DNA from: Rebecca billardiae RCC1528
Taxonomy: Eukaryota; Protista; Haptophyta
Assembly: GCA_965240325.2 (NCBI GenBank)
Contig: OZ251223.1
Span: 992,001 to 1,056,000 of the forward strand
Direction of reading: 5' to 3'
DNA: 64,000 nucleotides
Within the stretch, counting starts at the first letter, position 1. The number at the start of each line of letters is the position of its first letter. Shown in pieces: positions 34,160 through 45,643 of this stretch. The translations under genes and the position numbers were made by a program. Below the pieces are notes generated by a model, which was not told the DNA's origin, ran no database searches, and saw only the letters and a program-made list of their open reading frames with translations.

Positions 34160-36403
34160 ATGGCGGCGGCGGACGGCGCGCAGCGCCCATGGCTCAACGC
34201 CTCGCTTGACGTCGAGGAGCGCGTGAAGCTCCTCCTTCAAGCCATGACGCTCGAGGAGTGCGCCCTCCAGCTCGACCAGCCCCGCATCGACGAGGCATCC
34301 GACGAGCGCATCCGCTCTGGCGTAGGATCGCTCATCCTCGCGACGAGCGCGACCGCGGGCAACGACGCGCAGCCGGCCAGCTCGGCCGGTCTCGTCGACC
34401 GGCTCCAACGGATCGCAATCGATGAGACCCGCCTCGGCGTACCGATTCTGGCCGCGCGCGACATCATCCACGGCCACCACACCGTCTTTCCGATCCCGCT
34501 CGGCCAGGCGTGCGGCTGGGATGCGCCGATGGTTGAGGCGGCGTGCCGCGCGGCGGCGGTGGAGGCGAGCGCCGACGGCGTGCGCTGGACGTTCTCGCCC
34601 ATGATCGACATCTGCCGCGACCCGCGCTGGGGCCGCATCGCCGAGGGCTACGGCGAGAGCGCCTTTCTCACGGGCGAGCTCGGCGCCGCCGCGGTGCACG
34701 GGTACCAGAAGCGAGGCGACCTCGCCGCGCCCGACGCGATCGCGGCGTGCGCCAAGCATCTGGCGGGGTACGGCGCGGCGGAGGGCGGGCGAGACTACGA
34801 CACCGCGGAGATCTCGCAGCCCACGCTCGAGGACGTGTACCTGCCCCCCTTCCGCGCGGCCCTCGTCGACGCGGGCTGCGCGACTGTCATGCCCACCTTC
34901 ACCGCGGTCGGCGGGCTGCCGGCCGCGGCGAGCGCCGAGCTGCTGACGGGCGTGCTGCGCACGCGGTGGGGCTTCGACGGCGTCGTGGTGACCGACTGGA
35001 ACGCCGTGGGCGAGCTGCGCGAGCACGGCATCGCGCACGACGGCGCGCACGCCGCCGAGCAGTGCCTGCGCGCCGGCTCTGACATCGACATGGTCTCAGG
35101 TCTCTTCCTGCAACACCTGCCGGCGCGCGCGGCCGCGGACGGCGGCGTGGAGGCGGCGCTGCGCGAGGCGACGCGGCGCGTGCTGCGGCTCAAGTTCCGC
35201 CTCGGCCTGTTCGAGGCGCCGTACGCCGCGGCTCGCGCCGCCGAAGCGCCGCCCCAACGCGCACCGCACCGGCAGCTCGCGCGCACGCTCGCGGCGCGCT
35301 GCGCGGTGCTCCTGGAAAACAAGTCGAGCGCGCTGCCGCTCGCGCCCGACGCGCGCCTCGCCGTGGTCGGGCCGCTGGCGGACGCGACGGTCGAGCTCTT
35401 CGGCACGTGGACGCTCGATGGCGTGCCCTCCGAGGTGACTAGCCTGGCCGCGGCCTTGTGCGCTGCGCACAAGGCCGCGGTCGAGGTCGTGCCCGCGGCG
35501 CACGGTGCGAGCACACAAGCGCTCGGCGCCGCGCTCGCCGGGGCGGACGTCGCGATCGCCGTGCTGGGCGAAGGCCCCGAGGTCTCAGGCGAGGCGCACA
35601 GCCTTGCGGAGCCGCGGCTGCCCGCTGAGCAGGTTGCGCTCCTTGATCGACTCGTCGCGTCCCCGCCCGCCGGCGGCGTCGTCCTCGTCGTCATCGCCGG
35701 CCGGCCGCTCGCGCTGCCCGCGGCCGCGGACGCGTGCGCGGCGGTGCTCTGGTGCTGCCACCCGGGCACAGACGGCGGCCTCGGCCTCGCAGACGTGCTC
35801 ACCGGCGCGGCCGAGCCCGGTGGCCGGCTGGCCTTCACGCTGCCGCGCCACCCCGGCCAAATCCCACTGTACCACGACCACCGGCCGACGGGCCGTCCCC
35901 TCGGCGAGTACTATGGCGCGCGCGACAGCAGCGGCGCGCTGGCGCGCGGCAGCGGCCGTCACCTCGACTGCCAGGGCTCGCCGCGCTGGCCGTTCGGACA
36001 CGGGCTCTCGTACACGGCTTTCAAGATCATCGACGCGCGCGTGGCGCCGCTGGCGCCTGACGCCGCGGACGCGGGCGTGCTCGTGCACTGCCGCGTCGCC
36101 AACGCAGGTACCGAGCGCGCGGGCTCGGCTGTGGTGCAAGTGTACGTGAGTCAGCCTGTCGCCGAGCTGAGTCAGCCGGTGCGCCGGCTCGCTGGCTTCG
36201 CGCGCGCGCACCTCTCGCCGGGCGAGCACGCGGAGGTGGAGGTGCGGCTGCCGGCGCACGCGCTCGCCTACTTCCATCGTGACCGCGTGCGCCGTGTGGA
36301 TGCGGGTAGGCTCCTCGTGTGGATTGGCCTGGACTGCCTGTGCGAGGGCTCGGTGGGGCCGCTCGAGGTGCAGCTGCCGCAGCCCGGGACGCGCGCTCTC
36401 TGA
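34160..36403 (+). CDS. Glycoside hydrolase family 3 beta-glucosidase (BglX-like)
   Basis: ETRLGVP, DIIHG, RDPRWGRIAEGYGE, CAKH, WGFDGVVVTDW (nucleophile Asp), PFGHGLSYT, Fn3-like C-terminus; intronless. Confidence 0.93.
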   Translation: MAAADGAQRPWLNASLDVEERVKLLLQAMTLEECALQLDQPRIDEASDERIRSGVGSLILATSATAGNDAQPASSAGLVDRLQRIAIDETRLGVPILAARDIIHGHHTVFPIPLGQACGWDAPMVEAACRAAAVEASADGVRWTFSPMIDICRDPRWGRIAEGYGESAFLTGELGAAAVHGYQKRGDLAAPDAIAACAKHLAGYGAAEGGRDYDTAEISQPTLEDVYLPPFRAALVDAGCATVMPTFTAVGGLPAAASAELLTGVLRTRWGFDGVVVTDWNAVGELREHGIAHDGAHAAEQCLRAGSDIDMVSGLFLQHLPARAAADGGVEAALREATRRVLRLKFRLGLFEAPYAAARAAEAPPQRAPHRQLARTLAARCAVLLENKSSALPLAPDARLAVVGPLADATVELFGTWTLDGVPSEVTSLAAALCAAHKAAVEVVPAAHGASTQALGAALAGADVAIAVLGEGPEVSGEAHSLAEPRLPAEQVALLDRLVASPPAGGVVLVVIAGRPLALPAAADACAAVLWCCHPGTDGGLGLADVLTGAAEPGGRLAFTLPRHPGQIPLYHDHRPTGRPLGEYYGARDSSGALARGSGRHLDCQGSPRWPFGHGLSYTAFKIIDARVAPLAPDAADAGVLVHCRVANAGTERAGSAVVQVYVSQPVAELSQPVRRLAGFARAHLSPGEHAEVEVRLPAHALAYFHRDRVRRVDAGRLLVWIGLDCLCEGSVGPLEVQLPQPGTRAL

Positions 36404-36808
36404 GCCACGACCACGCAGGTGAAGGTTGAAGGTCTCGACCATCACGCGCTGACGCGCATCAGCGTGGCTGAAGAGTGATGGCAGCAGCAGCGCCACAGGC
36501 CGTCACACGCGCACGTGTACGCGGCGGCCAACGGCGGCGGCCAAGCAGCCCAGGGCTAGGTCAATGCCAATGGCAGAATGCAGCTCGCTGCGGTGCCCGC
36601 CTCGGGGCGCGGGGCGCCTGGTCGACACGGCGCATCCTCATCGGGATGGGTTTGGCCTGATTAAGCCAGCGTCAGCGTCAGCGTCCTAAGCGGGCCAGTG
36701 GCTGTGCGGCGAGCCCGCGGCCCCCAGGCACTGCGCGCGGGCCGCGCCAATCCAATGGGCGCCATTCCTAGGCTATGCAGCACCCGCATTTCAATGAAGG
36801 AGGGCTCG

Positions 36809-38307
36809 TTACTCGTCGCCGCCTGCTGCTGCCCTCTGCTCGCTCGCGGGGGCATCTGTCGCGGGGTCGTCCGAGGAGGCTGCACCAGTGCTGGACGCCA
36901 CCACCTGCGCAGCGCAGCACCGTGTTGCGGTGTCGACGCCGTGTCAGCGACGCAGAGGGTGGGTGCTCGTCACGTGCGCGCGCGCAGCGCATACCTTTGA
37001 CCTGACCGTGGCGCTCGCACTGCTGCTCGGTCGCTTCGACTTGCTCGATTTGCTCGCCGACGCTTTCTTCTTCACGCGGGTGGCATTCGTGCTCTTTGCG
37101 CCGGCCGGCGCTGCGCTCGCACTCGCGATGGCGACGCTCGCTGGTGCCTGCGCGGCGGCATCTGCCGCCCCTGTGCTCCGGTCGGTGCAGCGGTACAGCT
37201 TGCCCGACGCGCCTGGCACGGGCCCCGGGGCCTGCTTGATCTTGGCGTACTTGTCGCGGACGTGCGCCTCCACCACGTCCGCGCTCGCCTCCTCCGCCAC
37301 GCGCGCCCGCCCGACCTCTCCGTACAGCTCCTGCGCCTTTGCGTTGCCGAGAGACTCCATGCGCTGCGCGGGCGCGCGCGGCGCGGGGATCGGCGCGTGG
37401 GGGCGAGGGATGAGCCTGGCGGCGCGGCCGCGCGGCGCACGCGACATGCCGAGGCGCGCACCTCGATCATCTCGGGCGTCCACACATCCGCGTACGCCGA
37501 CTTGATGCGAGACTTGTGCGTGCCGAGCGCGCGGTGCATGCCCGCGCAGCGCTCGCACACGAACACGCCGAGGTTGATCGACGCCCAGACGGCCGCGTCC
37601 TCCTCGACGTGGGTGCAGTCGAAGCACTTGCGGTTGTGCTTCGCCGCAAGGAGCGCCGTGAGCCGCTCCTTGAACGCCTCCGCCTCCTCCTCCGTCGCCG
37701 CCTTCACCGTGATCTCGTTGAGCTGTGTGAGCGATTCAAACGAGCGAAAGCCGCCCTCGACGTTCAGGTGGTGCTTGGACTTGTAGTCCGAGAGGGCCTT
37801 CTGCACGCCCTTGGCCATCTTGTCGTACAGCAGCACCGACCCGCCGCCGATCGAGCACCCCAGCAGGAAGCCGCCGATGCCCGCTGGCGCGAGGAGCAGG
37901 CCACCGAGGAGCGCGGCGCGTTCGCTCGTTGAGAGGTCGCCCTCTTCGCCCACCGGTGCGCCAGCTGCGCCTGTCTGCGCAACGTCCTTTCCCGGCTTCT
38001 GAGGGGCGGCGCTACTGCCGCCCTTGCTCCCGGCGCTCCCTGCGGCGCGCGACTCTTTCGCTGCCAGAGCCGTGCGCTCCCCGCGCTCCAGAGGCGGCGG
38101 AGCGGGAGTGGCCGTGTTGTGCAGCCTGCTGCGCGGCACGGTCGGGTGCGGGTGCTCCGCTGCAGCTCGTCGCTGCGCGGATGTGGTGGACTTCTTCTTT
38201 GGCCCGCCCTCGGTGCGCGTGCTGGACCCACCCTCCGTCTTCGGGGACGGTGTGACTGCCGCCACCAGGCACGCAATCGCGAGCAGCCGCAGCGCCAGCC
38301 GTGCCAT
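36809..38307 (-). CDS. ArfGAP-domain protein with N-terminal signal peptide and a hydrophobic segment
   Basis: Exons 38307-37462, 37363-36995, 36904-36809. NRKCFDC..WASINLGVFVCERCAGMHRALG..SRIKS..D.W..E|RMESLGN. Confidence 0.85.
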
Positions 38308-38465
38308 CGTGCCCGGCAAATCACGGTCCGGTCGCCGGAAGGCGCAGTGCGCCACGTGGTTCCTGGACTCTCGCCGCCGCGGCACGGCGGCAGTGGCCGC
38401 AAGCGGTCAAGAACTGCACTGCAAACCGGCCGTCAAGCAGCACGCAGGGGAACGCGCGCTGCGGT

Positions 38466-39524
38466 ATGACGCGTAAGCCGGCGACCATGATGGCGGCCGA
38501 CGCAGGGCCGCTCCAGGATGCCAGGGCGTTGGTGTGTTGGCAGGAGCTCCGATCGGTCGTTGAGAGCTGCAACTGTCCGCTTGCACATGTCGTGCGAGCC
38601 GCCAACACACTCAAACGGGATCGACCGTGCTCTCTGCACATTGGATGGCAGCTCCGATGCGCACACACATCGCAGCGGCGGCAGTGCAGCGGGGCCTGCC
38701 AGCTGCCTCACCCCACGCTCGAGGAGACATACGACCTGCTTTGCACGGCATTCGCCCAGCAAGAGGCCCTCGGCCCGCAGTACGCCGTGGACACGGCGCC
38801 CGACGTCTGGCCCCACCCACTCATCTACGTGCGACCACGATCGCTCGAGCGTGAAGCCGGCCTCGCGCTGGCATCCGACTTTCTCGCTGCCAAGCCGCAG
38901 CCCCCGCCGCTGCACATCTTCTTGGATTTCGCGTTCGACGATGCGATGGACGATCGCGAGATCCGCTCGCTCGTCGTGCAGGCCTCCCTCTGCCGCGCCA
39001 TCGAGAAGCAGAGCACCTTTGCCACGCTGGAGCTGACGAGCCTGCGGGCGGATTCTCGCGCGCACGACGGACTGGAGCGCAGCTGGCATGAAGGCTGGTC
39101 CTCTGTGCGCAAGCACGATGCCTCGGCGTCTGAGCGCGCGGCGGCCCTCTCCAAACGGCTGGTCTACCTCTCTCCTGACGCGCCCGAGCCGCTGCGCGCT
39201 CTCGAGCCAGGCTCAGTGTACGCGATCGGTGCTCTGGTTGACCGCGGGGGCATCAAGCTCACACTGCCGCTCGCGGAGTCAATCGACGGGTGCGAGGCTC
39301 GGCGTTTGCCCATACGGGAGGTGCTGCCCGGGCTGGCTGACTGCGTGGCCCAGGACTGGAACGTGCACACGGTGTTTGCTGCGCTTGTGCAGTTCCGTCG
39401 CCTCGGCTCGTGGCGACCAGCTCTCATGAGCGCGGCGCGGTCGTACCAACGCAAGAAGCCATCACGGCGGCGCGCGGACGAGGCAGACATGCAGGCGGCT
39501 GCGGTGCGCGCTAATGTCACTTGA
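38466..39524 (+). CDS. tRNA m1G9/m1R9 methyltransferase, Trm10 (SPOUT) family
   Basis: IFLDFAFDDAMDDREIRSL..Q, LVYLSPDA, VYAIGALVDR, RLPI, NVHTVF..L...GSW..AL. Confidence 0.85.
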   Translation: MTRKPATMMAADAGPLQDARALVCWQELRSVVESCNCPLAHVVRAANTLKRDRPCSLHIGWQLRCAHTSQRRQCSGACQLPHPTLEETYDLLCTAFAQQEALGPQYAVDTAPDVWPHPLIYVRPRSLEREAGLALASDFLAAKPQPPPLHIFLDFAFDDAMDDREIRSLVVQASLCRAIEKQSTFATLELTSLRADSRAHDGLERSWHEGWSSVRKHDASASERAAALSKRLVYLSPDAPEPLRALEPGSVYAIGALVDRGGIKLTLPLAESIDGCEARRLPIREVLPGLADCVAQDWNVHTVFAALVQFRRLGSWRPALMSAARSYQRKKPSRRRADEADMQAAAVRANVT

Positions 39525-40628
39525 CATGTAGACTCCGCCACTTTTTCTGACAGGAAGCAGATACCGCCAGCATTGCGGTGCCCGTGCCCCCATCGGCGCG
39601 GACCTCGTCTCGGCACGGGAGCGTCGCCTGCTACAACCTGGCTAGTGGCTGAGCCTGAGCCTGACTCTGAGGGCGTCGGAATAAGTCGGAAGTCAAAAGA
39701 CAGATCGACTACAACTACGTACTATAGGTAACTGCTACACTATCATCAGTTCGAATAAAGTCACGGGCCGCCCGACCGAGTTCAAAGACGACTAGTGAGT
39801 CGGACGACAGTGCGTCTTAGCACGGACTAACTAGGTAGGCTTCTATTTCTAATAATTTTCTAAGAGCATGACAGACTGATCGACAGTCAATGGTGATATT
39901 CAGTGATGACACTCTATGACAGTAGTGACTAGATACGGCACTGTGACAGTGTCACGGCCACGGGCACAGGGCGGCAGAAGCCCGCCCCGCCGCCCGAGGC
40001 CGAACGAAGCGGTTCATTCACTAAGATTCCGACTGAGCCGTTCAGGCTTCTGATCCACGGCCATGCAACCGACCTGATCGGTGATCCGACGAGCCTGACA
40101 TGTTCATTGAAGCGGCCGAGTGGCCCTCGCGGGCTCGCCGCGTCGAGCCCGCTCGGCCGTTTCAGGCCGACGAGAGAGCGGCCGGTGCTTCTAGTTCTGA
40201 TCTGCAGTATAGTGCAGATCTGACCAGCGTCTCGCCCGCGGCGGCGCCATGATCGTGTGACTGCCCGTCTGCCGACTCATACCCGGCCGGACTCCATCCA
40301 TCGGATCAGTAGCAGCATGCTGCTTACAGCTTAGTGCTTCGGCAGTCCGTAGTAATCATCCCGCGAATGGCTGCGCTACTCAGCTACCATCAAAATATGC
40401 CTCTCAACGGTAGCTTAGTCCGTGCTCTGGTGACACCAGTTGCATGTCCGCCGCACTGTCTGCGGTCGCCAAGTGCCGGTCACTGCCAGCCGAGCAGCGG
40501 ACGTCGCGCCGTCAGCTGGCCGCTAGGTGCTGACAGCTGAGCCGTGCTGACTGACGGAGCTGCCGAGCTGCGAGTGCACTTCGAAGGCAGACAGCTGCGG
40601 CTAAGCCGACGACGCTGCGGCCACGGAC

Positions 40629-41249
40629 TTACTTTCCGGGTAGCCTTGCCTCGTCCTCGAGCTGCTGGAGGTATTCGTCCATCTCGTGCAGGGTGTGGTC
40701 CACATCCTCGCGCGTAATCAGCTCCGCATCTGCGCGCGCCACACCGGGGCACTCGCCGTCGGCCAATACCTGCCAGTCTGCCTTGCTGCCCACGTGCTCA
40801 CGCCATATCGGGTAGGTAGCGCACTGCTTGGGGCGATCCGTGTAGACGGAGCACTTGCGCGCGCCATTGAGAAGGATGCAGTCCATGCCACTAGCAGACT
40901 TGACCTCTCGTAGGGCCCAGGCGCGCCACACACCCAGCAGGCCCCTTGTGCGCGTGCGCCGAGCATGTTGCGCGTAGAACGCATCCACGCTGATCCCAAG
41001 GCGTGCGGCCATCCGCTCACCCTCAGCGCGCGAGAAGAACACAAAGCCCGGCTCGCCAGTGCAGCAGCCCCCGCAGGCAGTGCATGAGAATCGCACGCCT
41101 CCCTCGGACGCATACCATGGCTCATCGTCGTTCGCGGCGACGACTGCGCGGGCGGCTGTCGAAGCTCGCCGCGTCGCCCATGCTGTTCGGCTCTGCGCAG
41201 TGCTGGCCCGAGCGCTCCAGGCGCTCGTCAGAAGGAGCACAGCCGCCAT
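40629..41249 (-). CDS. YkgJ-family (CxxCxxCC) cysteine-cluster protein with plastid-type leader
   Basis: GVRFSCTACGGCC, DCILL..CSVYTDRPKQCATYPIW, CPG. Confidence 0.85.
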   Translation of the reverse strand: MAAVLLLTSAWSARASTAQSRTAWATRRASTAARAVVAANDDEPWYASEGGVRFSCTACGGCCTGEPGFVFFSRAEGERMAARLGISVDAFYAQHARRTRTRGLLGVWRAWALREVKSASGMDCILLNGARKCSVYTDRPKQCATYPIWREHVGSKADWQVLADGECPGVARADAELITREDVDHTLHEMDEYLQQLEDEARLPGK

Positions 41250-41478
41250 CAAATAAATGTAAGGAGCACTATCAGGGTACTGCTTCAATAATGCACAGCC
41301 GAGCACAAGCTTTCGGATCGCGTTGCCGCTGCCGCCATATTGACTCCTTTCGGGTCCGGCCCCGAACGCAGACCCGGACGCTCGCCAGCTGCCACTGGGC
41401 GCGAGGCGCTCGCCACAAACGCCGACGCGCGCGCGCTGAGAGCGGTCCACGTCGAGCGCCCGACCGTCAACGAGCACG

Positions 41479-42858
41479 ATGCCGCCGAAGAAGAAGGTGC
41501 TGGAGGGGCTGCAGTCGGAGCACCACCGGGCGGTGGTGCGCTTTCGCCCGGCTGACTGGACGCCTGACTTGATCGCGTCCAACCTCAGCGCCGAGCCGTA
41601 CACTCTCCACTACTTTGCTATCCGCGGGTGCGCGCGTGCGGCGAGCGCGACTACGGCTGCGCGCCACGTGGCGAGCGCGTGCGCGCGCGTGCGCAAGCGG
41701 GATGCCCGGCGCGGAAGCGAGCCGGGCACATGCCGTTGCACTACCAGCCTCGACACGCACGACTGACGCCTGGCCGCGCCCCGGTCCCGCCGGCCGCGTC
41801 GCCAGCCTCGGCGAGTGCCCGCGGCTGATGCTCGAGCTGGCGCAGATCCCTTACGACATGGTCATGTACTGGAACACCAAGGAGTACAAGGACCTGGCCC
41901 CCTTCGGCCAGATGCCGCTGCTCATGGGCGGCGACCTCGAGGACGAGGACCAGATCCTCTGCCAGTCGGGCGCCATCGTGCGCTACCTCGCCAAAGAGAC
42001 CTCGCTCGACGGCTCCGAGGCTGGCCCCGTCGGCGAGGCGCGCGCCGACATGATCTGGGAGTGCTCCAAGGACATCTTGGGGGCGAAGGAGCAGGTGAAG
42101 GGCACGGAGAAGGAGAAGCTGCACGGCATGCTCACCAAGGCCACCGAGATGCTCGAGGAGTTCGAGGGCCCCTTCTTCTCGGGCATGTCCGTCACGTTTG
42201 GCGACATTGGCATGTTCAACTCGCTCAACGTCATCGAGGTGTGCGCGCGCACGCTGCCCGAGGGCGCGAGCGGCGTGGCGCGAGAGAGACGCCTCGGGGG
42301 CGTCGCGCCGCGCCCCCCTCACTCTCCCGCGCCCTTGCCCCTCGAACACCGTACGTGGCGCAGGAGATCAAGCCAGGCTACCTTGCCAAGAACAACTTTG
42401 ACGTGCGCGCTGCTCGAGCACGGCCGGCTCACGCGCTCACTCTCGCGCTCGCGCGGATGCGCCTGCTTGTGCGTGCACTGACGGCGGCTCCCCTGCGCCC
42501 CGATCGCGCCGCCTCGCCCCCGCCTCCCCCCACCCGGTCGGTGCAGGACCTCGCGGAGTTCGTGACCAAGTTTGCGGAGCTCCCGGCCATCGCGTCTTAC
42601 CTCAAGTCGGAGCGTCGCATGCCTCTGACCGAGGCGGAGTCGGGCGTGCCGGGCAGCTACAAGTACGTCAAGCCACTCGCGGCCGAGCCGTACGCGGAGG
42701 AGTACGTCGAGCCCGTCTTCACCTACGACGAGGAGGACGACGATGAGGAGCACGAGGGTGACGAGGAGGAGGAGGAGGACGAGGAGGAGGAGGAGGAGGA
42801 CGAGGAGGAGGAGGAGGAGGGCGGGGCACAGCGCCCCCAGAAGAAGGCGAAAAAGTGA
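41479..42858 (+). CDS. Glutathione S-transferase with C-terminal acidic tract and basic termini
   Basis: Exons 41479-41627, 41806-42238, 42364-42402, 42547-42858. YTLHYFAIRG|LGECPR, PFGQMP, QSGAIVRYLA, TFGD; poly-D/E tail then RPQKKAKK*. Confidence 0.88.
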
Positions 42859-43479
42859 GCTTCTCGAGCACCGTGAGCACTCAGCGGATCAGGCGGGGCG
42901 CCTGACACGGGCATGTTCACGGCATCGCGAGTCAGATTGGGCATCGGACTTGAGTTCAGCTGCCCGGGCTGTACGCGCGTGCTCTGTGGTCGCATGGCTC
43001 CTGCAGCCTCTGTGCCTGGCAGTGCCGATCATCAGTACATCACACGCAGCACGCCACGGCCGGAGGGATTCTGATGATTGATGATCCACTGGCCGGTCTG
43101 GCCCTCGCAACGTGCGCCTCAGCCGTGCGTCGTGAGCACGATTGACCTACTGTGCCAACGCCTCTGTCGCTGAGCGACTGACCCGTGACCGACAGAGGCG
43201 TCGGATCCACGGAGGCGTCAACTGTCTGATTCTGAATGCTCGACGACGTCTTTCCGTCGTCGCCGCCGTTGTCACCGTTCACTGCTTCACCGTTTCACCG
43301 TTACGTACCCACTTACAGCGCGGCAAATATGAGCAGCAACTATGATGCAAGCCGCAAGGCGAAGCGTTTGGGGCACGCGAGATTCGTGGCGACCCGGTAT
43401 GGTGACCTGCTGGAGCAAGATGACGCCCGGCACGTCTGCCACGGTCACGCCGGGCTGGAGCCATTCCCATCGGCTGCGC

Positions 43480-45406
43480 ATGGGCACGCCGGCGGCGAGA
43501 CAAAATGTGCCTCTTGCGTCTCGCACATTGGCGCCGATCGCTCTTCTCCTGCTCGGCCTGTTCCCGCAGGCCCTCCCCGCATCAGCCCTGGGTGCTGCTG
43601 AGGCAGCTACAAGTAGTGCTGGCGGCATCGGTGATGCGCTCACGGGGCGCCTGCTCAATACACTTCTATCACCCCCTCCGACGCCATCTCCAGCACCTCC
43701 GCCGCCGAGTCCGCCTCCGCCGAGCCCGCCTCCGCCAACACCACCAGCGCCGCCTGCTGTGCTCGCAACATCACCGCCACCACCGCCGCCGCTCGTCACG
43801 GCGGTGTTTGTCTTCGTGCTCGCGGGCGAGATCGAAACGTTCGACGTGCCAAGCTTCGAGGAGTCGCTGGCTGCGACGTTGAACATCTCCGAGACGCAGG
43901 TCTCTGTGCTGCTCCCGCTGCTCGACGGCTCCGTGATTGCACGCACGCTCATCTCGGAGGCGCCGGGCCGCGCCGTGCTGCTCGAGGACATCGAGAGCCG
44001 GCTGGGTGCCCTCGGCACGGACGGCCTGAGCACCGGGCTGAACATGAGCGTGCTCTCCTTCACAAAGCAAGAAGGCAGCAGCTCTCCAGGCGCAGATCTC
44101 CCTTCGGCCGGCGACGATGACGACGATGACGACGATGACGGCGGTGGCAATGACAGAGGCCCAGGTGCCGACAGCTCGAGCGTGAGCGCGGATCCGGTAA
44201 GCCAGTGGCTGCTGGCCAACTTTACGCCGATGCAGCTGGGCCTGTACTTTGGCGCGCCGTGCGTGGCGGTGTGCCTGTGCGCATGTGCCGCGCTCGCATT
44301 CTGCCGCTGGCGCCGCGGCAAGGCCCTGCGCGACGAGGCCGACGACGACGGTGCGGACAGAGCAACCGAGTCGCCGCGACCGAAAGGACCGCGCATTCGG
44401 TGGGGCTCCGGGGAAGGGCGGGGAGACGCGCCGCTCTTGTCGCTCGGGGGCATCTCCAGCAGGGCTGGGCCCGCGCAGCTCGACACGGAGCGCTTCGGGC
44501 CGGGCGCGTCCGAGGCTGCTGCCCAAGCAGCCAACTACGACTACGATGTCTTCCTCAGCCACGGTGCGCGCCGCGCCCTCTACACACGTGCGGAATGGTC
44601 GCGCTCCACCGCTCACGTGCCTCTGCCCATCCACCGCCGCCCCACGCGCGTGGCAGAATGGGGCGTGTTCTACATCAACCACAACAAGGTGGGAAAGGTC
44701 AACCAGGCGCTCAAGCTCCGCGGCATTCGCACGTGGTTTGACGAGGACCAGGGCTTGGTGCGCCCCGAGCGCGATGACCCTCTGCTGCGCAGCCGCGCGC
44801 GCGAGGCCGGAGCCCGTGCTCATCCACGGCTCCCCGCCGCCCCGTACCTACCCCCTCCCCTGTTGGCTTGCTCACGCGGCGCAGTCTGGCGGCACGCTCG
44901 ACGATGTCAAGAACGCAATCGAGCGCTCGTGGCTCGTGATCGTCTTCGTGACCAGGCGATACTGCGAGAAGGTCGGCGGTGACGACGAGTCTGACAGCTG
45001 CAAGGTCGAGTTTGAGCACGCGCGCCGGCACCGCTCGGGCGAGCACATGGTTGCGGTGCTGGCGGACCGCGACACGGCCGAGCGCTCGACGTTCGAGTGG
45101 GAAGGGGGCGTTGGGAGCGCGTTGCGAGGCGAGGAGCACGTCGACATGAGCAGCCCAGACGACCCGACGCACGTGAGCCTCGACGCCTTGCTCGAGCAGA
45201 TCCGGCTTCGGGGCAGACGGAGCCAGGGTGCCCCGTCTGCGACGGTGCGCGCGAGTGGCGCATCCACGTCAACGCACGTGGATACGACCATCTGGGGTGG
45301 CGATGGTGAACCGAGTCGCAACTCGCAAGAGATGAGCGAGCCCAACAGATCCCCCAGGTCGCGGCTCCGCATCCCGTTGCCGAGAGAGCTCATCACACGG
45401 GTGTGA
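43480..45406 (+). CDS. Single-pass membrane protein with cytoplasmic TIR (TIR_2-like) domain
   Basis: Exons 43480-44563, 44657-44757, 44885-45406. Signal peptide, Ser/Pro stalk, TM LGLYFGAPCVAVCLCACAALAFC-RWRR; TIR YDVFLSH|EWG..LKLRGIRTWFDE..IERSWLVIVFVTRRY..CKVEFEHA. Confidence 0.85.
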
Positions 45407-45643
45407 GCCGATCGTCACTGTCGTCGTGAATACAACGGTGCGGCAGGCTGCGTGCGAACGGAAACGACTCGAGCCGACTGTTGTAGTTATCATGAGCATC
45501 ACATATCAACGCGCGATATAGTCGATCGTCAGCGCTGCGCGACGGGTGCCACACATTAGGCGGGCTAAACGCCACTAACGGTACGGAATGGTACGGATGT
45601 GGAGCCTGCTGATTTTATAATAATAATAAGAGTATATATATAT

